64,000 bases of DNA from Akkermansia sp. (lineage in GTDB: Bacteria > Verrucomicrobiota > Verrucomicrobiia > Verrucomicrobiales > Akkermansiaceae), in contig JAZRJB010000045.1 in NCBI GenBank assembly GCA_045645565.1, forward strand, positions 11,090 to 75,089, given 5' to 3'. Positions within the stretch are counted from its first letter, which is position 1. Each line of letters begins with the position of its first letter. Positions 9,119 to 18,846 of this stretch are shown here, piece after piece. The notes beneath the pieces were generated by a model. That model saw nothing but the letters and a program-made list of their open reading frames with translations. It was not told the DNA's origin and did not search any database. The position numbers and the translations under genes were made by a program.

Positions 9119-10522
9119 ATGGATTCCTTTACTCAGACCCTGGCTGCAACCCAGGAAAAGGCTTTTGAAATCAATATGGATAAAGGTGTCTATGGCACCT
9201 TTGCCGAAATCGGCGCCGGTCAGGAAACGGCTAATTGGTTTTTCCGTTCTTCCGGTGCCGCCGGTACGGTCGCCAAGACAATTTCCGCTTATGATATGAC
9301 TGTCAGCGATACGCTGTATGGTCAGGCTCGTCGCTATGTTTCAGAGGAGCGACTCAAGCAAATGATGGATTATGAGTATACCCAGCTCATCCATAGATTA
9401 GGCGAAAAACGCGGTAAGGATACATGCTTCTTCTCGTTCTGCAACACGGTGAAATGCAAGGGGTACCGCGATAACGGCCCATGGTCTGCATGGATTGGAG
9501 TCCGGTTTCAGCTCAAGCCGGAGTTGCCCCCGAGCGATTTTGTGATGCATGTGCGCCTTCTGGTGCCGGACCATGATTTGCAGATGCGAATTCTGGGGAT
9601 TCTGGGGGTAAACCTTCTGTATTCTCTGTTCTATAAGCTGGACCGGATGGAACACTTTGTGCAGAGTGTTGGAGATAACGTGGACCGCGCGTTTTACGAA
9701 ATTGATTTTATGCGTTTTTCCGGGCATGGCTTTGGCATGTTTGATAACCGCATTCTGGCGCTTGAACTTGTGCGTAGCGGGTTGTCGGAGGCGGCTCTTC
9801 TCTGCCCAGATGGAACGGTGGCACAGCCGGCAGATTTTCTGTATAAGCGCCCGATTGTGCTGATGCGCGGTAGTTTCCGCCCCCTGTGCAGTATCCATCT
9901 GGAGATGATGGATAGCGTACGCAGCCGCTTCATTGAGTCATTGCCGGAGGAGCAGCGGGAGCGCGTGGTGGATATTTGTGAGATATCGTTATCTAACCTG
10001 TTGCGCGGTAAGCAGGTCGATTTGCTGGAATTCCTGGACCGCATCGAGGCGCTTGCGGCAGAAGGTAAGACCGTGATGGTGACAAATATATCCCACTTCC
10101 ACCGTATTTCCACGCTGCTCAGTCAGTACACGAAGGAGCCCGTGGCAATTGCTCTTTCCATAGGCTTGCTGAATGAAGTGTTCAAGGATAAGTGGGCAGA
10201 TACTCCAGGGGGTATTCTTGCCACCATGGGACACATTTTTGTAAACAAGACGAAATTTTATGTGACACCGTGGATTAACCGCACAACGGGAGAGTTTGTC
10301 ACAGCTGGTACGTACCGCGCGCCGGAGAAGTATCATTACCTCTACCGCCACCTGCGTGAGAATGACTGCATCATTGAAGTCCCGTATTTCAACCAGAAGC
10401 TGTTGTTCCAGACTCCGCGAGATATTATTCAGATGATTAAGACAGGGGATGATAAGTGGCAGGAATACGTGCCGGCATCTGCCTACCGTATGATTGATCA
10501 TATCAAAGGCGAGGAAAAGTGA
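9119..10522 (+). CDS. Nucleotidyltransferase-like protein (CinA/PncC-like N-terminus plus NadD-like GSFRP domain)
   Basis: N-terminus YGTFAEIGAGQE...GAAGTVAKTISAYDM; LMRGSFRPLCSIH resembles GSFNPxHxGH. Confidence 0.55.
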   Translation: MDSFTQTLAATQEKAFEINMDKGVYGTFAEIGAGQETANWFFRSSGAAGTVAKTISAYDMTVSDTLYGQARRYVSEERLKQMMDYEYTQLIHRLGEKRGKDTCFFSFCNTVKCKGYRDNGPWSAWIGVRFQLKPELPPSDFVMHVRLLVPDHDLQMRILGILGVNLLYSLFYKLDRMEHFVQSVGDNVDRAFYEIDFMRFSGHGFGMFDNRILALELVRSGLSEAALLCPDGTVAQPADFLYKRPIVLMRGSFRPLCSIHLEMMDSVRSRFIESLPEEQRERVVDICEISLSNLLRGKQVDLLEFLDRIEALAAEGKTVMVTNISHFHRISTLLSQYTKEPVAIALSIGLLNEVFKDKWADTPGGILATMGHIFVNKTKFYVTPWINRTTGEFVTAGTYRAPEKYHYLYRHLRENDCIIEVPYFNQKLLFQTPRDIIQMIKTGDDKWQEYVPASAYRMIDHIKGEEK

Positions 10523-11733
10523 TGAATTACAGGGCTGATTTTCCCATTCTTTCCACCAGAATCGGTAAACGGGAACTGGTGTATCTTGATAGTGCCGCAA
10601 CGACGCAGAAACCCAGTTGCGTGCTTGAGGCTGAGAAACGCTACTATGAACAGGTGAATGCCAATATTCACCGTGGTGCGCATTATCTCAGTCGGCTGGC
10701 TACTGAGGAACATGAAAATGCCCGCCAGACGGTGGCTGATTTCCTGCATGCCTCGTCATCTCGTGAAATCATTTTTACGAGTGGATGCACTGCCGGCATT
10801 AACCTGGTTTCGCAGACGCTGGCGCTTTCCGGGCTTATCAGGGAAGGGGATGAGATTGTGGTGACAACGGATGCCCACCATTCGAATATTGTACCCTGGC
10901 AGATGCTTTGCGAACGGGTGGGCGCCAGGCTTTGCCCGGTTCCCCTTACTGAGGCGCTTCAGTTTGATATGGATGCATATCACCGCATCCTTTCTCCCCG
11001 TACGCGTCTGGTGGCTATTCCTTACATTTCAAATGCGCTGGGGGCTATCAATCCTGTGCGGCAGATTGTGGCAGATGCCCGCCGCAACCGACCGGATACA
11101 CTGGTGCTGGTGGATGGGGCGCAGAGTACGGCTCATCTTCCGGTGGATGTGCTGGAGCTGGATTGTGATTTCTACGTCTTTTCCGGGCATAAGGTATACG
11201 CTCCTACGGGTACCGGTGCGCTGTGGGGGCGCGAGTCTGTTCTGGAAATGCTACCACCCTGGCTTGGCGGCGGTGAGATGATCAGTGAGGTGAGTTTTGA
11301 GAAAACTACTTACAATGTATTGCCGTTCAAATATGAAGCCGGAACCCCGAATATCTGCGGTAATATCGTGCTGGCTGAGGCGTTGCGCTATGTGAAGCAG
11401 ATAGGGTTGGAGGCTATTGATGCTCACGAAATGGAGCTGACCCGGCGTATGTACGACGGCTTGCATTCCCTCGGGGTGAACATTCTGGGAAGCCGGGAGA
11501 ACAGAGGTTCTCTCATCTCCATAACGGTGCCGGGCGTGCATCATTATGACCTTGGAACGCTGCTGGACCAGATGGGGATTGCTGTACGCACGGGGCACCA
11601 TTGCTGCCAGCCTTTTATGCAATCCCTCGGCATTACGGGAACCACGCGTTACTCCTTTGCTTTGTACAACACGGAGCAGGATGTCGAGACGGCCCTGGCT
11701 GCAAGTGCAAGAGCGTTGGATATGCTGCGTTAG
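10522..11733 (+). CDS. sufS: Cysteine desulfurase, SufS family
   Basis: YLDSAATTQKP, NANIHRG, PLP lysine in FSGHK, catalytic RTGHHCCQP, EAGTPN. Confidence 0.95.
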   Translation: MNYRADFPILSTRIGKRELVYLDSAATTQKPSCVLEAEKRYYEQVNANIHRGAHYLSRLATEEHENARQTVADFLHASSSREIIFTSGCTAGINLVSQTLALSGLIREGDEIVVTTDAHHSNIVPWQMLCERVGARLCPVPLTEALQFDMDAYHRILSPRTRLVAIPYISNALGAINPVRQIVADARRNRPDTLVLVDGAQSTAHLPVDVLELDCDFYVFSGHKVYAPTGTGALWGRESVLEMLPPWLGGGEMISEVSFEKTTYNVLPFKYEAGTPNICGNIVLAEALRYVKQIGLEAIDAHEMELTRRMYDGLHSLGVNILGSRENRGSLISITVPGVHHYDLGTLLDQMGIAVRTGHHCCQPFMQSLGITGTTRYSFALYNTEQDVETALAASARALDMLR

Positions 11734-12782
11734 TGGAGTAGCGTGGCGTTTTCTATTTTCTGGATGGGAAGTGCCAGGGGCATGTCTCCCAGCCAGTCTA
11801 GTGTGGTGGTCGTGATGAGAACCTGTGCTTCATTTGGCAGGCTTGCCAGCAGCGCGCGTCTGCGCATGGTGTCCAGTTCTCCGAATATGTCGTCTATGAG
11901 CAGAATCGGAGCCTTGCCGGTTTCTTCTTGCAATAAGGAACCCTGAGCCATTTGAAGCGCAATGGCGAGGGTTCTCTGCTGACCTTCTGACGCAAATTCA
12001 CAAGCTTCCATTCCGCTGATGAATAAGGAGAAATCGTCTCGGTGAGGTCCTACAGTGGTGAAGCCGGCCCGTTCATCCGCATCCAGGCAGTTTTCCAGTT
12101 CCTCTGCCAGTGGTCGCCTAGCGGAAGGGGTGTACTGCAGTTGGACCACCTCTGCTCCGCCTGAGATATTGTGGTGGTGGTGGGCAACGTGAGGGTAGAG
12201 CCTGTTCAGCAGCTGGAAGCGCAGCTGCATGATGATTTCACCGTGCCTGGCCAGCACCTCGGCGTAGCTCCGCAGCGCTGCCGTGCTGCGTTTCGGGTGG
12301 CGAAGCAGCGCATTCCGGCTCTTGAGCGCCTTGCGGTATGCCTGAAGCGCCTGCCTGTATGTAGGATGCCATTGGCAGCCCAGGAAATCAAGATAGCGGC
12401 GGCGTTCTTCAGCGGGACCATGAACCAGGTTCATGTCGCTGTTGGAAAGCCATGTCACGGGGTAGGTGTCTGCCAGGTAGTCGTTGAAGTCTTTGCGCTC
12501 AGCTCCGTTGACCTGTAGGTGCAATTTGCGGTTGCTCCAGGTGAGTTTGCGTGTTCCTTCCTCTGTTTCCAGAGAGATTCCGAACCGGGGTTCTCCCTGG
12601 CGGACCAGTTTGTCGAACCTGGTGGCGCGGGGGCTGTGCAGCGTGAGCGCAAAACAAAGCGCCTCCATCAGGCTGGTCTTGCCCTGAGCATTGGCTCCCA
12701 GCAGAACGGCACCCTCTGCCGGAATGCTCCAGCGGAGGGTGCTGTAACAGCGGAAATTGCTCAATCTCAGGGTTGTGAGCAT
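11730..12782 (-). CDS. recF: DNA replication/repair protein RecF
   Basis: LSNFRCY, Walker A GANAQGKTS, GPHRDD, SEGQQR, LLIDDIFGELD. Confidence 0.95.
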   Translation of the reverse strand: MLTTLRLSNFRCYSTLRWSIPAEGAVLLGANAQGKTSLMEALCFALTLHSPRATRFDKLVRQGEPRFGISLETEEGTRKLTWSNRKLHLQVNGAERKDFNDYLADTYPVTWLSNSDMNLVHGPAEERRRYLDFLGCQWHPTYRQALQAYRKALKSRNALLRHPKRSTAALRSYAEVLARHGEIIMQLRFQLLNRLYPHVAHHHHNISGGAEVVQLQYTPSARRPLAEELENCLDADERAGFTTVGPHRDDFSLFISGMEACEFASEGQQRTLAIALQMAQGSLLQEETGKAPILLIDDIFGELDTMRRRALLASLPNEAQVLITTTTLDWLGDMPLALPIQKIENATLLH

Positions 12783-12797
12783 GATGAGGTGGGGATA

Positions 12798-13424
12798 TCA
12801 GACCTCAAGAGGCAGGGCGCGGATGGCATCCATAATCTTGTTGCCGATGGCACGCTGCGCCTCACGTCCCTTGGCCCGCAGTTCTTCAGGGGTGAACTTG
12901 ATGGGGTCACCTACGGAAAGCGTGATGGGGCAGAACTTCAGCTTGCTGCTGTGAATCGGCAGGCAATCGTATGCCCCTTCAATGCGAACAGGCTGCACAG
13001 GAACAGAGGCAAGTTTGCTCAGGATAAGACCAATGCCGGGCATGGCGTCGTGAATCTGGCCATCGGGGCAGCGGGAACCTTCCGGGAAAATGACGATGCG
13101 CCCCCCGTTCTTAACCGTGCGCAGCACCTGAATGATGCTGGCGGGATCGGGTCTGGTCTGGTCAACCGCGATGGTGTTGCAGTACGGCAGCACCTGCTTG
13201 AGACCGGGGGCGTCAAACAGTGTCTTGCGCGCAAGAAAGTATACTTCATTGCGGTACAGGGAACCAATCAAGGGCGGATCCAGGAAGCTCTGGTGGTTGG
13301 CAACAATGATGCAGGGACCGTCTTCAATCAGTTTTTCCTGACCGATGACCTTGTAGTTGAAAAATGATTTGAAGAAGCAACTTGCGGTGCCTCGTACCAT
13401 CAGGTATAGTATGGAACGGTTCAT
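12798..13424 (-). CDS. plsC: 1-acyl-sn-glycerol-3-phosphate acyltransferase
   Basis: NHQSFLD and FPEGSR motifs. Confidence 0.9.
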   Translation of the reverse strand: MNRSILYLMVRGTASCFFKSFFNYKVIGQEKLIEDGPCIIVANHQSFLDPPLIGSLYRNEVYFLARKTLFDAPGLKQVLPYCNTIAVDQTRPDPASIIQVLRTVKNGGRIVIFPEGSRCPDGQIHDAMPGIGLILSKLASVPVQPVRIEGAYDCLPIHSSKLKFCPITLSVGDPIKFTPEELRAKGREAQRAIGNKIMDAIRALPLEV

Positions 13425-13455
13425 ATTAAGCGTTGAGAGGGAAGTAAACGTTGAT

Positions 13456-14094
13456 TTAGTTCAGTTTGGTGCGGATATCCGCAGCAATGAAGGCAACGAC
13501 CTGGTCAATGGTCATTTCTGAGGTGTCCACCAGCATGGCATCATCCGCCTGCTTGAGCGGGGCACATGCTCTCTGGGAATCCTTGCGGTCGCGCTCGGCA
13601 ATGGAATCGGTGATGCCCTCAGCGGCGCGGCGGGCGGCGCGAACTTCCTCAGATGCCGTTACGAAGTATTTGAACTTGGTGTCAGGGAAAACAACCGTGC
13701 CAATATCGCGGCCTTCCATGACAACCGGTTCCTTGGTGTTGTATTCGCGCTGCTTTTCTACCAGCAGTGCGCGAACTGCCGGAATGGAGGCAATGGCTGA
13801 CACGTTGTCGTTGGTGCTTTTCTCTGTCAGTTCAGTCGTCAGGACCCGACCGTCGTAGATGACGGTGGAGTTGGCACCGTCTTTACCAAAACTCAGAGGA
13901 ATCCCGGGGAGCAGGGCTTCTACTGCGGCAGTGTCTGCCGGGTTTACTCCCTGCTGCAGGGTGTACCAGGTTACGGCTCGGTACATGGCTCCTGTGTTGA
14001 TGAAGGTATAGCCAAGCTCTTTTGCAATGAGTTTGGCAACGGTGGATTTACCGGAAGCTGCAGGACCGTCGATAGCGATGGCTGGGGGATTCAT
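13456..14094 (-). CDS. cmk: Cytidylate kinase
   Basis: IAIDGPAASGKST, TGAMYR, MEGRDIGTVVFP. Confidence 0.95.
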   Translation of the reverse strand: MNPPAIAIDGPAASGKSTVAKLIAKELGYTFINTGAMYRAVTWYTLQQGVNPADTAAVEALLPGIPLSFGKDGANSTVIYDGRVLTTELTEKSTNDNVSAIASIPAVRALLVEKQREYNTKEPVVMEGRDIGTVVFPDTKFKYFVTASEEVRAARRAAEGITDSIAERDRKDSQRACAPLKQADDAMLVDTSEMTIDQVVAFIAADIRTKLN

Positions 14095-14104
14095 ACTGCG
14101 CTTG

Positions 14105-14133
14105 ATTGTAGCTGTTTTTTGTCGGGTTGTCGA
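14105..14133 (-). promoter_or_regulatory. Sigma70-type promoter of cmk-plsC-recF
   Basis: TCGACA-17nt-TACAAT, 10 nt before the cmk ATG. Confidence 0.6.
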
Positions 14134-14175
14134 GCAAAAACGCGCGTACTGCCATGAAGTCGGGCTGAATTGAAT

Positions 14176-15042
14176 TTAATACCGGGTAACGCTTTTGTGC
14201 AGAGCGTGTGATAGCTTGTCTGGCAGGAGTGGTATGTAATGGAGCTGTGGATGGTGGCTCAGGTTTCTGAGTTTTGTGCTGAGGTTGAAATTCAGGCGGG
14301 ATATGAGACGGTCGTTCCAGAAATCTGCGTGCAGTTCGATGTGTGCCGGGTTAAGGGTGCAGGTTAGTATGTGCAGCAGGCGCGCCAGCATTTCTTCTAC
14401 CAGGGTGTGGTCTGCGTAGTCCATGTTTTCCCAATCTGCGGGCAGGGGCAGATGCTGAAGCAGGGGGCAGGTGGTGATATGGTCGTTGAGAAGCCGGGCG
14501 CCCTGTGGCGGTTTCCCTTGTCGCAAAACCAGGGCGAGTGTGTCAGGGTGTTTTCTTGTTATCAGGGATTCTGCGATTGAATACTCCTGTACGGGGCAAC
14601 CGAGGCGCTTTTTCAGGTGGTGCTGAATCTTGCTTCCCAGCTCGGGGGGAACGCATATCCGGTGCAGCTTGTGCTGCCTCGCTGCTGCATCGAGCCATTC
14701 ATCAAGGCTTTCAGTGTGAACTTGTGCAAATCTCGCTTCTGTCTGTTCAATCCGGGTCCCTTCCAGATTCAGCAGCTCCAGTTGCAGCCGGGTGCAGTGC
14801 GTTTCCTGCGTCGCTGTAATGAGCGCCACTACGGCGTGCCGGGGGGCGAAATGGTATTCTCTCACCGGGCGCCCGCCGCCGGAGGGAATGCTGCGCCCGG
14901 CTGTAAGAACGCCTTCCTTTTCCAGAATGCTTACCCAGTTGTTGGTGCTGACAAGACTTATACCCAGAGCTCTTGAAATCTCGGGGCGTGTTGCAGTGTG
15001 TTTCTGCTGCAGATACTTGGCTATTCTGGCCTTGGTGTTCAT
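14176..15042 (-). CDS. ROK-family-like transcriptional repressor (wHTH plus divergent sugar-binding domain)
   Basis: ATRPEISRALGISLVSTNNWVSILEKEG HTH followed by SGGGRP, typical of NagC/XylR/Mlc. Likely ATG at 15042. Confidence 0.75.
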   Translation of the reverse strand: MNTKARIAKYLQQKHTATRPEISRALGISLVSTNNWVSILEKEGVLTAGRSIPSGGGRPVREYHFAPRHAVVALITATQETHCTRLQLELLNLEGTRIEQTEARFAQVHTESLDEWLDAAARQHKLHRICVPPELGSKIQHHLKKRLGCPVQEYSIAESLITRKHPDTLALVLRQGKPPQGARLLNDHITTCPLLQHLPLPADWENMDYADHTLVEEMLARLLHILTCTLNPAHIELHADFWNDRLISRLNFNLSTKLRNLSHHPQLHYIPLLPDKLSHALHKSVTRY

Positions 15043-15043
15043 T

Positions 15044-15068
15044 ACTTTATAAACCCGCTTAACAAAGT
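15044..15068. promoter_or_regulatory. 25-bp imperfect palindrome, putative ROK/XylR-type operator (autoregulation)
   Basis: ACTTTATAAA-CCCGC-TTAACAAAGT, 1 nt from the ATG and overlapping the -10 box. Confidence 0.65.
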
Positions 15069-15093
15069 ATAGAATAAATTGTTGAAATAGCAA
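15066..15093 (-). promoter_or_regulatory. Sigma70-type promoter of the ROK regulator
   Basis: TTGCTA-16nt-TATACT on the minus strand. Confidence 0.55.
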
Positions 15094-15165
15094 GCATTAT
15101 TTTATAGTGAAGAGATTAGGTGATGGGGCTGCGCAGGGGGGAGGGGAAGGAGAGCGGACAAATAC

Positions 15166-15194
15166 TCGACAGATGATAAAAAATCTGATAGGAT
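15166..15194 (+). promoter_or_regulatory. Sigma70-type promoter of pyrG
   Basis: TCGACA-17nt-TAGGAT; implies the start codon is 15220 rather than 15193. Confidence 0.55.
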
Positions 15195-15219
15195 GTCCGT
15201 AACCACACAGAGAACAAAT

Positions 15220-16833
15220 ATGAAATATATCTTTGTAACCGGCGGTGTCGTATCCTCCCTGGGTAAAGGGCTTGCCGCAGCCTCCATCGGAACGCTGCTT
15301 GAGCATTGCGGTCTGGAAGTGACCATGCAGAAGTTTGACCCGTATCTGAACATTGACCCGGGCACGATGAGCCCCTACCAGCACGGTGAAGTGTACGTGC
15401 TGAACGACGGCGCAGAAACAGACCTTGACCTTGGTCACTATGAGCGCTTTGTCCATTGTGAACTTTCCCGTCTGAACAACCTGACGAGCGGTAAGGTATT
15501 TGAGCGCGTGCTGGAAAAAGAGCGCCGCGGTGATTACCTGGGCAAGACGGTGCAGTACATTCCTCACGTGACAGACGAAATCAAGCAGCGCCTGTATGAT
15601 TTGACGGAGAAGAACAAGCAGTGCGACGTGATTATCACGGAAATCGGTGGTACCGTAGGTGACATTGAGGGCTTCCTCTTCCTGGAGTCACTGCGCCAGT
15701 TCAGCCAGGAGGTTGGACGCAACAACTGCTGTTTCATTCATGTGACCCTGCTGCCCTACATCAAGGCAGCCGGTGAGACCAAGACAAAACCCACGCAACA
15801 GAGTGTGGCCAAGCTGCGTGAAATTGGTATCCAGCCGGACATGATTGTGTGCCGTACTGAGATGGATAACCTGACCGATGAGGAGAAGCGCAAGATTGCT
15901 ATGTTCTGCAATGTGCCGGCTTCCAACGTGGTGGCTTTCTGTGACGTGAAGCACAGCATATACGAATGCCCCATTGACCTGGGTCGTGATAAGGTAGACC
16001 GCATCGTGACAGAAGTTCTTGGAATTACCGTACCCAAGCCCAAGATGGATGACTGGCAGAAGTTCGTGGGACGCGTGATTCACCCCTCCCACAGTGTGCG
16101 TATCGCCGTAGTGGGCAAGTACATTTCCCTGCAGGATGCCTACAAGTCCATTTACGAAAGCTTCACGCACGCCGGTGCAGCCAACGATTGCCGCGTGGAA
16201 GTCGTGCGCGTGGATGCAGAAGCCCTCAGCAACGGCAGCTGTGAAGAGCTAATCGGTAAAGTGGACGGCATTCTGGTACCTGGTGGCTTTGGTGACCGTG
16301 GTGTTGAAGGCAAGATCAAGGCCGTTCAGTATGCCCGCGAAAACAACATCCCCTTCCTGGGTATCTGCCTTGGCATGCAGGTAGCCGTTATCGAATTCGC
16401 CCGCAACGTGCTGGGCTATGCCGATGCTAACTCCACTGAGTTCAACAAGGACAGCAAGGCTCCGGTGGTTTGCCTGCAGGAAGAGCAGAAGCACATTGAA
16501 AACATGGGTGCTACGATGCGCCTGGGTGCTTATCCCGCTCATATCAAGCCCGGCACGCTTTGCAGCAAGCTTTACAGCGATAAGGACGTCATTTCCGAAC
16601 GTCACCGTCACCGCTATGAGTTCAATGCTGATTTCCGGGCTGAGGTAGAGCAGGGCGGCATGGTCATTTCCGCAGTGAATGATGAACATGGCCTGGTGGA
16701 AGTGGTGGAACTTCCCTCCCATCCGTTCTTCATTGCATGCCAGTATCATCCGGAATTCCAGAGCCGTCCGAACAGCCCGCATCCGTTGTTCTCCGGTCTG
16801 GTGGCCGCTGCGCTGGAAGCTCAGCAGGGTTGA
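15220..16833 (+). CDS. pyrG: CTP synthase
   Basis: MKYIFVTGGVVSSLGKG, GICLGMQ, ERHRHRYE, QYHPEF. Confidence 0.98.
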   Translation: MKYIFVTGGVVSSLGKGLAAASIGTLLEHCGLEVTMQKFDPYLNIDPGTMSPYQHGEVYVLNDGAETDLDLGHYERFVHCELSRLNNLTSGKVFERVLEKERRGDYLGKTVQYIPHVTDEIKQRLYDLTEKNKQCDVIITEIGGTVGDIEGFLFLESLRQFSQEVGRNNCCFIHVTLLPYIKAAGETKTKPTQQSVAKLREIGIQPDMIVCRTEMDNLTDEEKRKIAMFCNVPASNVVAFCDVKHSIYECPIDLGRDKVDRIVTEVLGITVPKPKMDDWQKFVGRVIHPSHSVRIAVVGKYISLQDAYKSIYESFTHAGAANDCRVEVVRVDAEALSNGSCEELIGKVDGILVPGGFGDRGVEGKIKAVQYARENNIPFLGICLGMQVAVIEFARNVLGYADANSTEFNKDSKAPVVCLQEEQKHIENMGATMRLGAYPAHIKPGTLCSKLYSDKDVISERHRHRYEFNADFRAEVEQGGMVISAVNDEHGLVEVVELPSHPFFIACQYHPEFQSRPNSPHPLFSGLVAAALEAQQG

Positions 16834-16852
16834 TGCAGATAAACTTATTTCC

Positions 16853-16888
16853 CGGCGGCGGTGCTTGAACAGCCCGCCGCCGCTTTTT
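16853..16888 (+). terminator. Terminator-like hairpin after pyrG
   Basis: CGGCGGCGG...CCGCCGCCG followed by CTTTTT. Confidence 0.55.
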
Positions 16889-16896
16889 CTCATGAT

Positions 16897-18489
16897 ATGA
16901 TTGATATACTGGTAGTCCTTGCGTATTTCTGTGCCATTTTCGGTATTGGCCTTTACGTCGGCAGAAAACAGGAGAGCCTGGAAAGCTACGCTCTCGGAAA
17001 CCGGAATCTGCCATGGTGGGCCATTCTTGCCTCCATTCTTGCCGCTGAAATTAGCGCTGCTACATTCCTCGGCGCGCCCGGTGAAGGTTTTGCATTGCGC
17101 AATTTCACTTATGCGCAGCTGGCCATTGGTACCATTCTTGGTCGCATTATTGTCGGGCGTTTGTTCCTGAAGCCCTACTACCAGTATAATGTTGTTTCCA
17201 TTTACGAGTATCTGGAGAAGCGGTTTGGTCTTACAACGCGCCGCTGGGCCAGCATTACTTTCCTCATCAGCCGAGTGCTGGCAAGTGGCACCCGCCTGTT
17301 TTTTGCCGGTATCCTGCTGGTGATTGCGTATATGATGATCACCGGGCGGGACAGTGCAGGGCAGGTGGAAACCGTGGTTATTTACATTGCCGCGCTGACC
17401 TTCATTACCATTGCCACGGCAGTGTATACGACACTGGGCGGGCTTAAGGCTGTTGTGTGGACGGATGTGTTGCAGGCGTCAATTCTGGCCATTTCACTGG
17501 TGACGACAATTGGCGTGTTGCTGTTCAGCATCAAGGCAGATGGCAGCTGGAGCGCTGCATGGGATGCCATTTGTTTCCATCTCGGGAACAAGGATTACAA
17601 CCCCTGTGATATCAAGAATCTGAAACCCTGGGCATGTTTAGATTCCGGAATCACCGGTGAGGGGCTGCTGCAGGATATCAGGAATATACTGGGCAGTGAG
17701 TACACCCTGTGGAGTGCGGTGCTGGGTTCCACGTTCATCACCATGGCAACGCACGGTACTGACCAGGACATGGTGCAGCGTATGCTCGCTGCTCCTGATA
17801 GCAAAAAAGGTGCGCGCGCCGTCATTTTGTCCGGGTTGATGGATATGCCCATTGTGCTGGTATTCATTTCCTGCGGTATGCTTCTCTTTGTTTATTTTGC
17901 GCAGAATGGTATAACCCCGCCGGAAAAACAGATTGAGATTTTCCCGTGGTTCATCATTCATTGCCTGCCCTCAGGGGTGCGCGGGTTGCTGGTTGCGGCC
18001 CTTCTTGCTACGGCGATGGGGTCTCTTTCCACGGCTCTTAACGCGTTAGCCACCACTGCTACCCGTGACTGGTATGTGGATGTGTTCCGCCCTCGGGCTT
18101 CTCAGGAGGAGCAGCTTTCAGCTGTGCGCTGGCTTACGGTATTCTTTGCCGTGCTGCTCATTGTTGTGGGCGCTGGTACTGCGTGGCTGACCGTCATGGA
18201 CCCCACCGTGCGTATCCTTCCCATTGCACTGGGTATTTTCGGGTACACGTATGGCTCGCTGCTCGGTGTGTTCCTGCTGGGTATGCTCACCCGGAGCCGT
18301 GGCAATGACCTGGGTAATGTCATTGCCATGCTGGCTGGGTTTGCGGTGGTGATTCTGCTCGAAATCGGTGGTCGCCAGGGCTGGCTGCCTACTATTGCAT
18401 TCCCCTGGCGCGTGACGGTGGGCACCCTTGCAACTTTTGCAGTCGGATGCCTGTTCCGCACGGTGGACTCATGCGAAAATCGTAAATAA
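16897..18489 (+). CDS. Sodium:solute symporter (SSS family)
   Basis: Many TM segments; EISAATFLGAPG, YTTLGGLKAVVWTDVLQ, GTDQDMVQR, AMGSLSTALN. Confidence 0.92.
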   Translation: MIDILVVLAYFCAIFGIGLYVGRKQESLESYALGNRNLPWWAILASILAAEISAATFLGAPGEGFALRNFTYAQLAIGTILGRIIVGRLFLKPYYQYNVVSIYEYLEKRFGLTTRRWASITFLISRVLASGTRLFFAGILLVIAYMMITGRDSAGQVETVVIYIAALTFITIATAVYTTLGGLKAVVWTDVLQASILAISLVTTIGVLLFSIKADGSWSAAWDAICFHLGNKDYNPCDIKNLKPWACLDSGITGEGLLQDIRNILGSEYTLWSAVLGSTFITMATHGTDQDMVQRMLAAPDSKKGARAVILSGLMDMPIVLVFISCGMLLFVYFAQNGITPPEKQIEIFPWFIIHCLPSGVRGLLVAALLATAMGSLSTALNALATTATRDWYVDVFRPRASQEEQLSAVRWLTVFFAVLLIVVGAGTAWLTVMDPTVRILPIALGIFGYTYGSLLGVFLLGMLTRSRGNDLGNVIAMLAGFAVVILLEIGGRQGWLPTIAFPWRVTVGTLATFAVGCLFRTVDSCENRK

Positions 18490-18526
18490 CTCTTGTCTTT
18501 TTCAAGAGTTTGTGTATACTGCGCTC

Positions 18527-18823
18527 ATGCCGATGGATGACAATACAAGCTATGAGATTCAGCGCGATGCTCTTACAGCTGCCATTGTTGAGCTCAACAG
18601 CATGAGCCCGTGCGATGGTGTTATCATGACCCGCTCTGGTGAGGTCAAAGTCGGCTATGAGCATGATGCAGATTTCCTCTGCATGCTCATTCCCGCCGGC
18701 GTGCTGGCCCGCCAGCTTACTGCCGATGGTCTTTCTTCTTATACTGGCAAGGAACTCAAAAAGTGGGCTGATGGCTACGATATTGAACCCTTGCAGAATA
18801 AGGTGAATGCTGCTGCCCGCTAA
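18527..18823 (+). CDS. Small hypothetical protein (probably leaderless)
   Basis: ATG 6 nt after TATACT (TTGTCT-16nt-TATACT); codon usage resembles neighbours. Confidence 0.65.
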   Translation: MPMDDNTSYEIQRDALTAAIVELNSMSPCDGVIMTRSGEVKVGYEHDADFLCMLIPAGVLARQLTADGLSSYTGKELKKWADGYDIEPLQNKVNAAAR

Positions 18824-18846
18824 CCCAGTTACACACACGAATTGAT

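Noticed and set aside
9119-10522. 'TonB-dependent receptor' label that I recall being attached to similar proteins
   Set aside because: No signal peptide, beta-barrel pattern or terminal Phe; the sequence looks like a cytoplasmic alpha/beta enzyme.
15195-15219. CTP-sensing reiterative-transcription attenuator of pyrG
   Set aside because: The predicted leader lacks a 5' GGGC start and a terminator hairpin.
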